In this document: piece after piece, positions 58,586-64,000 of the stretch
Position numbering within the stretch: the first letter of the stretch is position 1
Layout: each line of letters begins with the position of its first letter
Origin: Ministeria vibrans ATCC 50519
Lineage: Eukaryota > Protista > Filasterea
Assembly: GCA_943704425.1 (NCBI GenBank)
Contig: CALSCP010000774.1
Span: 105,208-169,207, forward strand
DNA length: 64,000 nucleotides
Direction of reading: 5' to 3'
Notes under the pieces: generated by a model
Database searches by the model: none
What the model was told of the DNA's origin: nothing
What the model saw: the letters and a program-made list of their open reading frames with translations, nothing else
Program-made: the position numbers and the translations under genes

Positions 58586-58590
58586 TGCAG

Positions 58591-64000
<5,410 letters not shown>

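Overview
Eukaryotic, gene-dense genomic window with short GT-AG introns, many of them filled with (GA)n/(TC)n, (CA)n or (AAT)n microsatellites. There are five small N-gaps. The gene mix is animal-like (ARMC1, MTFR, GPR137, TTBK, TBC1D23, C19orf44/DUF4614, EML5/6) alongside genes animals lack (a Zn(II)2Cys6 transcription factor, histidinol-phosphate aminotransferase). This suggests a unicellular relative of animals (inference). I could reconstruct 18 protein-coding genes, 14 of them in divergent pairs. Highlights: (1) a ~20.7-kb, ~6,600-aa single-pass receptor/adhesin with 10 PA14 domains, Dictyostelium-type Cys repeats, Ig-like modules, ~50 Notch-type EGF repeats and a 15-tyrosine cytoplasmic tail; (2) a head-to-head ARMC1-MTFR pair, the arrangement I recall for human ARMC1-MTFR1; (3) a head-to-head pair of ABCG half-transporters reminiscent of ABCG5/ABCG8; (4) a ~15-30-bp motif (GAAACAAAGTGATAG) recurring with GA microsatellites in about ten introns in both orientations; (5) two 5'-truncated genes (hisC, EML5/6) joined back-to-back at a microsatellite, probably an assembly collapse. 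No rRNA, tRNA, CRISPR or transposase was recognised. Gene identities come from recalled family motifs, not database searches.
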